Source of the DNA: Negaprion brevirostris
Taxonomy: Eukaryota
Reading direction: 5' to 3'
Length of the DNA: 64,000 nucleotides
Assembly: GCA_030324005.1 (NCBI GenBank)
Contig: JARDVH010000160.1
Span: 17,396,117 to 17,460,116 of the forward strand
Both the position numbers and the translations under genes were made by a program. A model generated the notes under the pieces. The model ran no database searches and was not told where the DNA came from. It saw only the letters and a program-made list of their open reading frames with translations. Positions 1-13,009 of the stretch are shown here, piece after piece. Position 1 is the first letter of the stretch, and every line of letters begins with the position of its first letter.

Positions 1-535
1 ATTCTGGCAGCATGAAAATGGAGACTCAGTTTAAAAGGAAGGGGAGAAACTCTAAAGGAGATGCAGGCACCGATGGACCTTGGTGTGTATCATTGAATGT
101 GGCAGGGCACGTTGAGAGAGCAGATAATAAAACATATAGTATCTTAGGCTTTATCAATGGGGGCATTGAGTACAAGAGTAAGGAAGTCATGTTAAGATTG
201 CATAAGGCACTAGTTAGGCCTATTGCATCCAGTCCTGGGTACCATACTTGAGGAAGGACGTGAAGGCACTGGAGAGGGTACAGAGGAGATTCTGCAAGAA
301 AGCTACAATTGTTTGTCACGAGAAGCAATGAGATTAGAATGGACAGGGTGGAACTGTTTTCCTTGGAGAAAAGAAGGCTGCGAGGATACTTAATCGAGGG
401 ATTCAAGATCCTGAGGGGTATTGATAGGATAAATAGTGAGAAACAGTTCCCACACAAGAGAGCATCAGGAACTGAAGGGTGCTGATTCAAAATAATTGGC
501 AAAAGAAGTAAGAGTGATATGAGGAAAGACTTTTT
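1..535 (+). mobile_element. CR1-clade LINE, decayed 3' part of ORF2
   Basis: Translates to ILGFINGGIEYKSKEVMLRLHKALVRP, then ALERVQRR and FSLEKRRLRG-like segments, the typical CR1 ORF2 C-terminus, with frameshifts. Confidence 0.9.
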
Positions 536-2608
536 TTTTACCTACAGGAGCCTTCCTCATTCTTTTCAGATAACAATCCAATTCCCTCAGTTCAATCTGC
601 CTCCATTGCCTTTTCAGGAAGTTTGTTGCAGGCACCAGACACCATCTGGGTAAAAAAATTCTAGTCTGTCTTCCAATAGACCAAGCTTGTAAATTACAGG
701 TAACTGTAAAGGGCAGTAATGAAATCTGAAAATCTACTCAGTGGATGTACCAGTCCGCACTTCTGAACCAACCATTTCAACTTTATTAAAATGGTTGTTA
801 TCTTCACACTGGTTGCCATGGGTTCCACTATCCTAAAAGACCAAGTTCCAGCCGTTGCATTCGCCTAATAGGCAATCCCTTTCTGCCATCTAATTTTCTT
901 ATCAGAAGATGTCAAAAATACAAGAACTAAGGGACTTCCAGATACACGCAATTTTTTTTTTGCAAAGATTTATTATATCAAAATACAAAACATTTTTGAA
1001 GCAGAATAATGTTACATGGGAATCAAGCAGCTGAAAATGTCCACACAGTAGTTCCCACACTACCTTGCAGTTATATGTCCTCTATTGTTTCTCTGACATG
1101 TTCTGAGCTGAGCACACACACATTTCTTCATGAACATGCACCATTTTTACTCTGATTGATTACACAGCAGGTTTGAAATATTCAGAAATGGTTGGGTACC
1201 AGGACTCCCTCCGATCCTTCAGGAACATAAAATATTAGCTGGACTGCTGGTATCACCTGCTACTGTAAGTGCCTGACATCACTGCCAGAAGATATGGATG
1301 ATTCTTCTGAACATCTTATTTAGAACTCCACTCCCATAACATAGCAAGTTATTTGTGATAATACATAGGTGTGACACATACATGTGTAACAGGCCTGAGA
1401 GGGGAATAAAAGTCTGTATCAATCAAATTTGTGTTGTGCGGTGCTGAGTAGGTATCTTTACATTGGGAAATGCTCACTCAACACTCAGTTTAGTTAGATG
1501 GTAAATGCTCCTCACCTTTAAGGCATAAGAACAGAAGGTGGCCACACAGCCATCAAGCCTGTTCCACTGAAGCAGTATCATCTTGTGGGTGCCATATAGG
1601 ATCGATGACCCACTCCACTGACTCTCTTACAGTTAGATCTCATCTGAGCCCTCTTGTTGTTACAGTATTGCAACATGACTTTATGCATGGCCTGCACTCA
1701 TTAAAAGCCCGTTTAAGCTCTGAGGCAATGTCAGATTTATTTTTGACGACAAGTTCTACATTGAATGCCAAAAGCAATCAGTCCACCTTCCCACACTGCT
1801 ACTTTCTGAGCTTTGCCAATTTTGGAGGAAAAATAGCAATCAATGGTACTTTGGAAAGGTACACAAATCCCATTGAAAACACTATTCAAAAATAAACAGC
1901 GTGCCAAAAATCTCTTGTTTGAAGAGTGTCGATTCAGTCAGCTTTATTGCAGCTTAATTTCTGCGTGGGTAACATCTTAAAATTAGCTATCCATTAACAG
2001 ATTAAAAATAAAGGCAACAACTGTCTGAGGTCTGCTTTAAAGAAGGAAACAAACTGAATTAGTGGGAGACAAGGCTTGAATTGGAGACTGATGTGTTGGC
2101 TTAGGGTAATGTTTGCAGTTGTGTGCATTATAGAGTTCCAAGTCTTGCAGAGATAAATAAAAGCCAATTTTATATTGCACAATTGAAAGAAACAGTCATT
2201 GTTTGCAATGGGGCCAGCAGTGATATTCTAATTACTGTTGAGTCTGAATCTGTAATTTCAACATTTTGGGAGGAGAAAGTATCATAACATGAGAAAGAAT
2301 GAGTTCCTGTGTATTGCCAAAATGGGAGGCGTTTGCTTTCAACTCCCAAACCCACTGCAACATATTTGAAGTCTAAAATAAATGGTTACAACAGATGGTG
2401 TAGAAAGATGGGCTTTGAGTACAGTGTCAGATCAGTGAAAAATTCTTTTGAAATACATGCTCGATGGGGCTAATTAACCTTNNNNNNNNNNNNNNNNNNN
2501 NNNNNNNNNNNNCAATGTGCAGCCCCAACCTCATCTAATAAATCTCCCTATTCTGTTTTGGGTTCATTAGTCTCATTAGATTCTACAATTTTACAGAAAT
2601 TAGATTTT

Positions 2609-2927
2609 GGGTGAGATTCTCCTCCCCACAGTGGTGGGAGGTGGTGGGATCCTCTGGTCCCACTGTTGTCACTGGGAATTCCCATTGAAGCCACCCCACA
2701 ATGGTGGGAAACTCATGGCAGGGGGTACAACATTGGTGGGACCAGAGGGTCCCAATGGTGTGAACGGCCAGAGAATTCTGAGTTATTACCGGAATTCTCC
2801 GACCTCACCTGTGGCTGGGATTCTTCAACCTCACCGTTGGTTGGGATTCTCTGGTTGTAAATGGAGTTTTGGCTGAGCGTCAAATTCTTGCTGGTGGCGA
2901 GGCAAATGAGATCAGAGAATTCAGGCC
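2609..2927. mobile_element. Two adjacent short TIR elements (MITE-like)
   Basis: Ends resemble GG(C/T)nGRATTCTCC...GAGAATTCnGGCC. The cores recur at 8767-8965 (first copy) and at 31081, 32433 and 62733 (second copy). Confidence 0.65.
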
Positions 2928-3321
2928 AAATGTTTATATCTGCATTTAGTGCACAGGCACATTTAGCTAGTTAAGTATGCACACATTTGAAAACACCATC
3001 CAAGTTTGTGTCTGAATATTTAAAATAATATAAAAATTTACCTTGGCGGAAATTTTAAAAAAATGTTTTGCTGGGTATATTTGTAATATCATTAGAAGTG
3101 GTAGCATCAACGATTGGAAAATTTGTGATTAAATATACCAGTACAAGCTGAAATATAAATAACAATTATCTGGGACAAATTCCATTTTGGTATTTGGATT
3201 TAACACTGCAACTAAATCATACATCTTCTTCAGCTTCTTCTCATTCTCAGTTATTTTGATGTTAATGCCTCAACCAGATTATTTTTAAGTCATTTAACAG
3301 ATGCTTGGAGTTACAGACATA

Positions 3322-3694
3322 GGCCAGGATTTTATGGCCCTTCCCACCCAGAGGGATGTTATGACTCTGTCGATGTAAATGGCAATTAAAATAGCTGCCG
3401 CATCCGTTGGGGTGAACGGGAGACACTGTAATTACTTCAATCAGGCCATTGAGGTTGGCCTATTGGAAAATGAACTCCCTCATTAAGGAGTCAATTGGTG
3501 GGCCAATCAGGGAGTCTTTTACTTGTATTTAACTGGGAGTGTCAGTTCCTCTAGTACTCCCAAAGGTAGACTGCTGACTGATAGCACTCTGTGTATTGAT
3601 ATTGGAATGGTAAATAAAGGAATTTTGGTGAAGACACTTTTGCCTCCAAAGACTTGTTGCAGACATGTTGTGGTAGGGCTGGAAAATCCTGGTC
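3322..3694. mobile_element. MITE interrupted by a solo LTR
   Basis: Left end ggccaggattttat is the near reverse complement of right end ggaaaatcctggtc. Confidence 0.65.
3427..3661 (+). mobile_element. Solo LTR (235 bp)
   Basis: Starts tgtaat and ends ttgca (TG...CA). It has an internal ccaat and an aataaa at about 3613, and is flanked by a 5-bp TSD gacac/gacat. Confidence 0.8.
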
Positions 3695-3856
3695 ATCGGG
3701 TTTGAGTTAGCATAATTCAGTCATAAGATTCCAAATGTGCTCAGGGTGCACTCAATCATTATCAGAATAGTAGACAGAAGGTTAACAGTCAAAAACAGCT
3801 GTGGCAATAATGCATGTGACCCAATCACAAAACGAGATTAAAGGTAACCATCTTAC

Positions 3857-3875
3857 CTTCTTGATTGAAGGTCAT
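3857..3875 (-). CDS. Candidate short first coding exon (MTFNQE, phase 1) of a gene running off the left edge
   Basis: The minus strand reads gcaaccATGACCTTCAATCAAGAAG|gtaaga: a good Kozak context and a consensus donor in repeat-free DNA. I found no downstream exon inside the window. Confidence 0.35.
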
Positions 3876-6800
3876 GGTTGCAGGTGACAAAAGCGGGGAA
3901 AGAAAATGCTTTTAAGTAACCGTTGCAAAATCAGAACAATTAAAAAATTGGAATGAACTAGATTATCAACTACAAATACAGGACCTCCAATCATTCAATA
4001 TCTACTGTTCATGCATCAACTGTCTTGTTTGTACTGGTTGATAACTGAAGCAAAGGCAAGCAGGAGATTTCCATCATTGACTTAGCAAAGTGCACTGCGT
4101 GGCACCCACTGCTTTCAATGACAGAGCAATCAATGAGTCCTCTGAATCACCCCATAAATGAAAGAACTGCGGAGCTAAAAGCAAAATAAAATAAACCAAA
4201 ACATATCAAAGCATTCGGCCTCTTTACCAAATCAAGATTGAGGATGTTGGGAAGACCAACCCTCTGTTCTTCAAATGATACAGTAATAACATTTCCCCCC
4301 TTCAGTGGTAAATGCGTTTAAGACTCAGTGATTTTATTATGATCTAAAACAATTGAAACCCAATGTTAAGAATGTATCCTCTGGGCAGTAATGGCTCTCT
4401 TCAAATGTTATCAGGTCATTTATTGATTTATGTTTGTGTGTCAAGAGTTTCCTCCGTAAGCAGTTCATGGATTATGTAAGATCTACGGCACCGAGAAGGG
4501 CCATTGGGCCAGGTGATTGGTGCTGGCTTTTGCACCACACGCAAATCCCCTCTCACCCCAGTTCATGTTGCACTATTCAGAAAGATTATTCAGCCATCTC
4601 AGTTGTAAATGACTAAATTATCGTGTTTGGCTATCCCTTGTCTGTCCTGCACCCAAACCAGGCAATCCAGCAGTCCGCTGTATCATTCCCAATGGATTTC
4701 AATTTTATATGATTGAGGGCACAGAGGGAGGCTAAGAGCCCAAGTAGGATATATAGCATTAAATATTCTACAGATAAGGCTTTGGTACAGCACCATTTTG
4801 TTTTGATCATAGACATAAACATTCTGCATTTATTGAAAAAAGTTATCACAACAGTAATACCTGAAGTTGGTTCAATTAACCCTCTAGTTGCCATTTTGCA
4901 GGCTTTATTTCAAATATTACGTGCGCAATGCTGATACCAGAAAGAGGATTTCCCGTTAGATTATGATGAAGCCTTCCTGGTAGTTAGCACATGCGGTGAC
5001 ACAACAGGCAATGTCTCACTCCTGTCTGACAAAGTACAAAATGTGTGTGTCGCATTGCTTAGGTTTATAAACCAGAAAGAAAACTATAAAATTATTTCAA
5101 ATTAACGTATCTGCTTTATAATTAACCAGTCATCTTCCCCAATAAAAGATGAATTGGGAGAATAAAGCTGATCAGTTTGTTTTGACATTTTCAGCAATGA
5201 TACAGTTTGCTAAATGAGGGGCTGAAGCATTAGCATCAAGAGGGTTAATGTCACTGCAAAACTGTGCTTCTGATTATCACTAGAAAAATTTGCTGTTGTA
5301 ATGTACAAGATGATTATATTCTGAGTGAGGCATTGATGAAGAAAACCGTTACAGCCTTTGGACCACATTTCTTTGTTTTGGTGGGGGGAATAACAAATAT
5401 TGCAGTACCTTGCTGCAGCACTGAGAGTGTGCATTGCGTATCAGTAATGGAGTGGTTGCAATATGATAATTTGCTGAACTAGACGCTTTCACAAAAGAGA
5501 TCTTGAAAATTACACTGTGCAAATATTGGCTGAACACATTCGTATGGATTGCTGTTTTAATGTGGATGTTCGCCCGTTCATTTCAACCGGATAAGGGAGT
5601 TTTTCTCAAGATCGATTAACGTGAAGTATTATGCTTTTTTCCGGTTAATAATTGTGTTCATTTGAATTTAAAAATGGGTGAGCTGTGATAAGGCTGCAGT
5701 GAAAATAAGCATCAGTGCGCAATTAACACAAAAGAACAATCTGGGCCTTAGATTTCAGTTATGTAGTGTGAAATGTGGTCTAGATGCTGTTCAGATGGTA
5801 TTACTTTCACCAAACAGCATCTCCCTCCCTATGGATCAATGTGAACCAGTAAGACCTTCGGTAACTCCTCAGCAGCTGGTCCTGAATAAATCAAGTTGGC
5901 TTTTCAAAGAGGCCAATTATGATGCTGAATATCATCACTAAAATTAAAATCCACAATTACATTAAAAAGACAGCCCACACTTCTCCGGTTTATGTAGGCC
6001 GTGTATCAAAAACAAACTTGCATTAAGAACAACAATGTAAGCCTCTAAGCAAAAAATTTGTCTGCAAAATGTATAGTCTTCATATTTTTTATCACAGCTT
6101 TCTTTTTAGATAGACTCATTAGAAACATTTTAGAACAGTGATTACACTCATTTACATTCAGGATACCTATACTGGGGTCTCTCCCGATCTCTCACATTCT
6201 GAGTTTTAAAGCTTTTGAAGACTAAAGCTTTGCACCAAATCACATCTGCCAATTCTGAAGAATAAATATACCATTTCCAAATTCCTTGGAGCACTTTGAC
6301 ACAAAAAGTGGAACAATTCGCAAGCTCTATACTTTATTCCAATAATATTCTGTTCCAGCATGACCTGTTTATATAAATGAACGAAGCCAGTGATAGCTGG
6401 TATATTTATTCCTTAGATTCCTCTAAATAGATAAAACTATTAAAATCAACATTTCTCACATTGAGCCAGTGGCTTTGTTCTTCACTGAGACTCAGTTACT
6501 TCAATTACTTTGCAGGTTTGCTGCATTGCAGAAGTGCCTCACCATCTGTGTTTTAAAGATTTGCAAAGGTCATCATCCAGTTAGCGTTCAAACCAATTTC
6601 CTTAAAGGTGCAGAGTTGGGGAAGGTTGGAGAACTTTGAGAAATAGTTTAAAACATTCTGACCCGGAACAGTGACATCCCGGACTGTTTGAAAAGGAGTT
6701 GTAGAGTTTCCTAAAACAGTCAGTGGTAAAATCCTACAGGTTTTATATATATAATGAAATACAACTTCATGGCCCAGAAAAGGGTGACACTTTTTAAAAA

Positions 6801-7129
6801 AAAGTCTGATGTGACTCACTTGATTAACAACAAGCACCAAGAAGATTAATCCATAAGTTAAATTCAGTTGAAAAACCATAAAGCTTTGGGAAATCAATCC
6901 CAGTAAAGAACATTTTATATAACATTTAATAGGTANNNNNNNNNNNNNNNAAGGGAGTGAATTCAAGTTGTAAAATTATCGTTGGCTGAACTACTTTACA
7001 TTTCTAAAATTTTTTTTTTTATCAGTTGTTGGAATTTATAATCAGCATGAGGAAAGTATGAAAGGACAATGGCCGTACAAGTCCATCCAGATATGGTTTT
7101 CTGTAGCCCCCACTGTCAGGGTTAGACAC

Positions 7130-7445
7130 TAAGCCATACAGACCAGAAAGCTTTTAGGTTTTATGCTTTGGTCTGTGTGAAGCAGTCAGCTGATCTCAGC
7201 CAGACTGGGGGACAGGGGGGGTGCTAGATTTGGCCTCAGCATTCATGGGTTTGGGGCGAGGGGGAGTGGGGAGCAATGGCTGGGGTATGGGGAGTAGGGG
7301 GAGAGGCAAAATCAGTTGGCTGCTTCTGAAGTCTATCCTGCGATTCTTCTGGGAAATGGGGTGTGTCTAGACATCAAGCCAGACATCAGAATCATGGTTG
7401 TGATGCTTCACATTACCATTGCTGACTCAGATGTAAAGAATAACT
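7130..7445 (+). mobile_element. Old tRNA-derived SINE relic, family unassigned
   Basis: Has a decayed B-box-like head and the gctgatctcagcc...ggcctcag body. Related decayed copies lie near 30180-30400 (-) and 44910-45120 (+). Confidence 0.45.
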
Positions 7446-8766
7446 GTGTGCATCAGTCTAAGGACTTCTGCTGGCTATAGGATAGTATCTGGCATGAACT
7501 GTCATGGAAGGCAACAAAGTAGGGGCTGTAAAATAGACCCTCTTTATACTGTGCCGAGCAAATGCAAATTGGCAGGAATCTGGACAATTCCAGGGTCTTA
7601 CAGTTATTATCTTCAGCCATGATTGGGACAGTAAGAATACAGCAATGGCATTTTGAGATAAACCCCATCACGCTGTTCCTTCACAGTTACACAACTATTC
7701 ACACATTGGACAACAATGTGCAAGGGGCCTCTCATAACATTAGTCCCATTCAAACTGATCTTTTGCTTCTCTAGCGAAAGGAATTGGTCATGTTTCTCTT
7801 AAAAACAAAAAGCATTACGAATGCCTGTCATGCATAACCATCCCAAGAGCAACCCTCCCCTCCCTCCCGTGACCCATTTGCACCATTTGAAACCACCCAA
7901 ACCATTTGAAATGATGGGCACAACCTAACATTTTCTACACAAGTATCTCACAATGAAGAAAAGCACAAAGCTGAGAAATGCTTCCAACATGCAACTCAAT
8001 AAGAAACACCGATTGGGGAGGGTTCTGCTTTTTTTCAGTCAGGAGATCAGATGAGGCACACAACATTCCTTTTGTTCCTTCATCGTTCTACAACGGAAAG
8101 ACCTGATTCATGTTGGAAACTAGATTGACACCAACAAATGCCAGGTATTCCAGATTTTAAACTTACATGTATGGTTATAAAAGGTACACTGTAATGACTG
8201 TACATTATTAGTAAAACCTTGTGAACATGATAGATAACAGCTCAAGCTTCTTTTACTTAGTTCACCGGCTTAGTCTCTCTCTTTCAACATCTCCTCTATG
8301 CCTCTCCATATAAAACTCTCATGAAATTCACATAATGACATGACAATCATAAAACTACAAATGCTACACATTTTGAAAAAAAACTGAGTGCTGAATAAAA
8401 TAGGGGCTGTGTTTGGCAGCACAAGTCACAGTGAAGCTATCAGAGTTCACTGTTATTTCTGAGGAAATCGTACAGCAGCTTCAGTGGCCACACATGGACA
8501 TGTGATCACAGAATTCAGGAAGTTTTTACTTCTCTAGGAGCTGTGTAAGACTTGGCATCGATATAGTTTGAACACCATGAAATTGCTGTACTTACCTGAT
8601 GTAAAAAAATTAGGGCTTGAACAGTCCTGCTTAATTACCTTTTTAAGTTTGATACAACTTAATTACTTGCAAACAACCTCTCTGGCACTGAAAATTAACT
8701 TTTACAAGTGTGGAGTTTCATTTCTTCAGATGTTAGTTACCACTGGAGACTTGAAAGAATATGGTG

Positions 8767-8965
8767 GGGATGGGTCTTGTCTGGCCTCCCCCCTGCATGT
8801 TTCTCGCAGCAAGAGGCAGCACGCTATTTGCTGGTGGCAGAATCTTCTGGTCCTGCCACTGTCAATGGGATTTCCCATTGACTGCACCCAATGTAGCTGA
8901 GAAACATATGGCTGTCAGTGAGACTAGGAGATCCAGCCGACATGAATGACTGAAAAATTCCAACC
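8767..8965. mobile_element. MITE-like TIR element
   Basis: Core tcttctggtcctgccactgtcaatgggatttcccattga matches the copy at 2609-2781. Confidence 0.6.
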
Positions 8966-9183
8966 AATGTTTTTGTTACCTTTTCTTTGTTTCTTGTATG
9001 TCTCTTTTCATCCAATCTTTCCCTCTTTTTAATCCTTCTATGACATTGAACTCAATATTCTGACATCTCCTGATTTAGACTCTGTGCTGCTCATCAATGA
9101 GGTATATAATTGCTGGCATTGTTCACACGAGCCCTACAAATTCTGGAGAGGGTCCCTACATTTCTCTGACTTTGGCTGACAAG

Positions 9184-9302
9184 AGATGGAATTTTTCTGT
9201 TCCACCAGCCACAGAAATCGTACCAGGTGGGAAACGGACCGTGCAAAGATCTGTTAACCTCAGGTGAGACCTTGGGGTGAGCGTGATTGTAAAATCCTGC
9301 CC
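9184..9302. mobile_element. MITE-like TIR element
   Basis: Ends ggaattttt...gtaaaatcctgccc. The core ggaccgtgcaaagatctgttaacctc is the reverse complement of the 20806 core. Confidence 0.7.
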
Positions 9303-9329
9303 AAGAACTTCCAAAATTATTTTGAAACA

Positions 9330-9745
9330 CTGGAAGAGGCTATTCTGTCCATTGTATCTATGTTGGCTCTCTATAAAACCAACTTCGCGAGTCCAACTCC
9401 CATGCCTTTTCTTTCAGCCCTGCAAATCTTTTCCTAACTCCCTTCAGAAAGCCATGTCTGAACATGCGTCCACCACATTCTCAGACAACACATTCCAAGT
9501 CCTTTCTACTTGTTGTGTGAAAAAACTTCTCTTCATGTCACTGTTGAATCTTTTGGCAATCACTTCAAATCGGTGTCCCCTGCTTTTCGACCCTTTCACT
9601 AGGGGGACAGTTTATCTTTATCTACCCTGCTGAGACGCACTCCCCTCCCCACCCCCCATGATCTTGTAAACCTCTACCAAATCTCCTCTCGACCTCCTCC
9701 AAGGAGAACAACCCCAGCTTCTCCAGTCCGTCCACTCAGCTGAAG
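9330..9745 (-). mobile_element. Old CR1-type LINE 3' fragment
   Basis: Plus-strand motifs gtgtgaaaaaacttctcttcatgtc and aaacctctaccaaatctcctctcgacct correspond to CR1 ORF2 RRLRGDL..YKI and FFTQ on the minus strand. Confidence 0.7.
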
Positions 9746-10279
9746 TCCCTCACGTAAGAGCCGTAGAAAGTCAATCGGCAAATGCAGCAAATGGTGCCAC
9801 AATCCTGCCCATATTAAATAAAGGTGAGGTGTCACTTCCATTGTCAACACAGGCTGATCATTTAACATTCCTGGCAGCATGGATAATGACAAATTCTGAG
9901 TATTTTTGTGCTGTGAATTCAAGTTAATCCAGAGCTTGACATAGAGCTGGGATGAGGCAGCTGAAGCTGAGTTAATTTAGGAGCATTCATCCCTTACTTT
10001 GCGAGGACAGCTGTTTACAAATGCCCTTGCAGTGAGTGCCAGGGCTGCGCGACATTTGAGTCTGTCAACTGCACATGACAGGCTTCAGCATTTACTGGCT
10101 TTTATTCAGATGGAAGACTCATAAAGACTGAGCAGATAAATATAACCTGACTCACTAGAGGGAAAATGATAGTTACTTTTACTTTACACGCCACCCAATT
10201 TTTATTTTCTATGGAGGAAGTGTAAAATAGATGGCAAATTCCCTCTTCCTGCAGGCTAGGTTACAAAACACCCCCTTAA

Positions 10280-10589
10280 GGGCAGCACAGTGGTTAGTGC
10301 TGCTGCCTCACAGCACCAGGGATTCCAGCCTTGAGAGACCAGTTGTGTGAAGTTTTCACATTCTCCCCACGTCTGCGTGGATTTTCTCCAGGTGCTCCAA
10401 AGATGTGCAGGTTAGGTGGACTGGCCGTGCTACATTGCCCCTTAGTGTCCAAAGATGTGTACATTAAATTGCCCCTTAGTGTCCGTAAACACATGTGGTT
10501 ATGGGGATAGGGCCAGTTGGGATTGTTGTCAGTGTAGGCTCCATGGGCTGAATGGCCTCCTTCTGCACTGTAGGAATTCCATGATTCTA
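10280..10589 (+). mobile_element. HE1-type (V-SINE) tRNA-derived SINE
   Basis: Head gggcagcacagtggttagtgctgctgcctcacagc, V-domain tccaaagatgtgcaggttagg and CR1-like tail ggcctccttctgcactgtagg. Confidence 0.9.
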
Positions 10590-10951
10590 AATATTTCACC
10601 TTGATAAACTGAATGTGAAGGATTAACAATTGTGACTGCAGGCTTACTGAATGAAAAAAAACACAGAACAAGACTTCAATCCACTAATCTAATGGATGAA
10701 ATGTTACTTACAACCTTGGCTGCATTGCTTGACCAATGAATCACTATTTGAAGCTTCTTTAACACAACTGTACCACATGGAGGAGTGTGTTGGAAATAAA
10801 ACCACAAAATTAGATGTAAACTGGGAATTAGCTCACTGGGAACTGGACACTGGCAGAATTGAAGAACTTGACAACCCTCAGTCTCAGTCAGTCACCTCAT
10901 CACTAACTGGTTTCAAATTCAAGCCCCCAAGTCAAAGAGCAGGAAGCTAAT

Positions 10952-11112
10952 AGAAAATGCTGGAAACTCTCAGCAGGTCTTATAGCATCTGCGGGGAGAG
11001 AATAGAGCTAATATTTCAAGTCTGGATGACCCTTTGTCAGAGCTGTATTCTCTCCCTACAGATGCTGTCAGACCTGCTGAGATTTTCCAGCATTTTCTGC
11101 TTTTGTTTCAGA
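10952..11112. mobile_element. Penelope-derived pLTR fragments in inverted (fold-back) arrangement
   Basis: 10952-11004 is the near reverse complement of 11046-11098. The same unit occurs singly at 61154-61283. Confidence 0.8.
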
Positions 11113-11598
11113 TGTTTTTATCTTAGGAAGCTCATAGACTGGTACCAACCAAAACCATTTGTGAAGGAACAGAGACGTTCAACACAGACTGCGTTTGTGA
11201 CATAAACTGACTGAAGTCACCCAGTTGCTAACGTGGTGCAGAAAGCTCGTTTGTTAACCCACAACCAAACAAGGCTGGTGGAAGAGCATTGTGTGGTTAG
11301 GCCTCATTCATTCAGACCTCCAGGTCACTTATTCATCACAACATCATTGCCTTATGCATTCCCCTAATAAACTAGATCAAGATCTTCACTTCCCAACAGT
11401 AAAAATGTCCAAGCTTTGCTTTGAAATAGAATGCAATGTTATGACTTTAGATATATAGGATTAATATGGATTCATTCTGAATTCAATGTTATTGATTTCA
11501 ATATGTGATTACTACCACATAAACAAACAACGTCCTATACAGCACATCTGATAATAGCCAAGAGCAAGAAGTGACTAAATATTAGTCTTCAAAGCTAC

Positions 11599-11735
11599 GG
11601 GCCAGAATTTTCTGGCTGTTCATGCCCCATTGCCACAAAAGCGAGGACAGAGAATTTGGCGCTCAGCTAAATCTTAGTTCACTACAGCGGGACCAGAAAA
11701 TCCCGCCAGCGTGAATGGCCGGAAAATTACGGCCC
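11599..11735. mobile_element. MITE with about 18-bp TIRs
   Basis: Left end gggccagaattttctggc versus right end gccggaaaattacggccc. Confidence 0.8.
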
Positions 11736-13009
11736 GTGGTGTTTAAATCGGCAACATTGGCAACAAATAGAAAAATAAAATAAGTAATGATTTTATATTT
11801 CTGGAATCAAATGGAATACAAGCAACAGAAAAATATCTTTTTCCTCTTCTCTCCAGTATGTACAACTAATGCTCATCGGTCACTGTGCAGCATAATGGAT
11901 TCTCCACGAACACCGTTCAATAGCTGGAAAAGTGGTTTCTGGCAACTACTATTATGTGCCTGTCACCAGCAACCTAAATGTGCAAGATATTTTCTCTTTA
12001 TCCAGTTCAATCGGGAACGGAAGCAGACACTACCAGATATGATCTCAGTTAGCTTCTCTGCATTATCTTGAAGTAATGGATGATAAATGTAAATGATATG
12101 AATGCATTGTTTTCTGCTACTGTTCTTTACATACTTCAACTGATTAATCCCCCACTGCTAATGATTCCCTTCGCCACTTGAGCCAACCACTCGTTTTCAA
12201 ACCCCACCACCCCCCCTTCACCCCTGCCCTACTTGCCTTTTTACTTCCCCAAGTGAGCAGCTCAACTGTCCCTAAGCATTGCCCACACTCTATCCTTTCA
12301 TGCCCTACAGAATCAGGGCACAAAGTGACCATTAATTCCATCCTCTCCCCACGCCTTTAATAATCTTCTGTACGCCACAGCCTTTTCAAATTGGAGAGGG
12401 TAACAATCAGAGCCTGGGAACATGTGCATGAAATATTAGTTCTCCAGAAACGACAACTCGTAAGTTCCAGCCTAATGTTGTCAAGGCAACATCCCCAGTG
12501 TGCTGCCACTGATTGACTCACTGATCGCCCCGTACAGAAAGGTTTCTGCACAGTAAATACATTTATTTTCCCGAAGGCCTAAATTTGACACGAGAGATGA
12601 GAAGGCAAGTGGTGTTTGCTGAGCAAAGGACAGTTTCCACGGGAATTATTCCCAAGGGATAAACATCATTCAACACACACATTCCTTCAGAATTTATCTG
12701 AATGTGCATCTGAGACAATTTTTTTTTTAACTAATGAAAAGCAAACAGCACTGATTCTCCTCACACAAGTCATGTTGAAGATAAAGGAGGTCTGAATATA
12801 CTATCGAAGAACATATAACATTCAGTTGTGGTGCTTCCTGTGGAGTGATTTGCTTATGACACGATGGTTAATATTGTGTTTGAATGGGATTCAAGGACGA
12901 AATGACCTCAAAATGTCATGACATGCTGCATGAAGGAGGAAGCATTAGATGTGACCCTTTCCTTTGATCAACTCAAATATTTAACTGATGCAAGTTAGTT
13001 ACTAAATTA

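Noticed and set aside
735-832. Possible minus-strand exon after cttttag, and a partial RFX X-box gttgccatgg
   Set aside because: The phase-1 frame needed after the 3857 donor stops immediately, the donor is weak and the X-box is only half matched.
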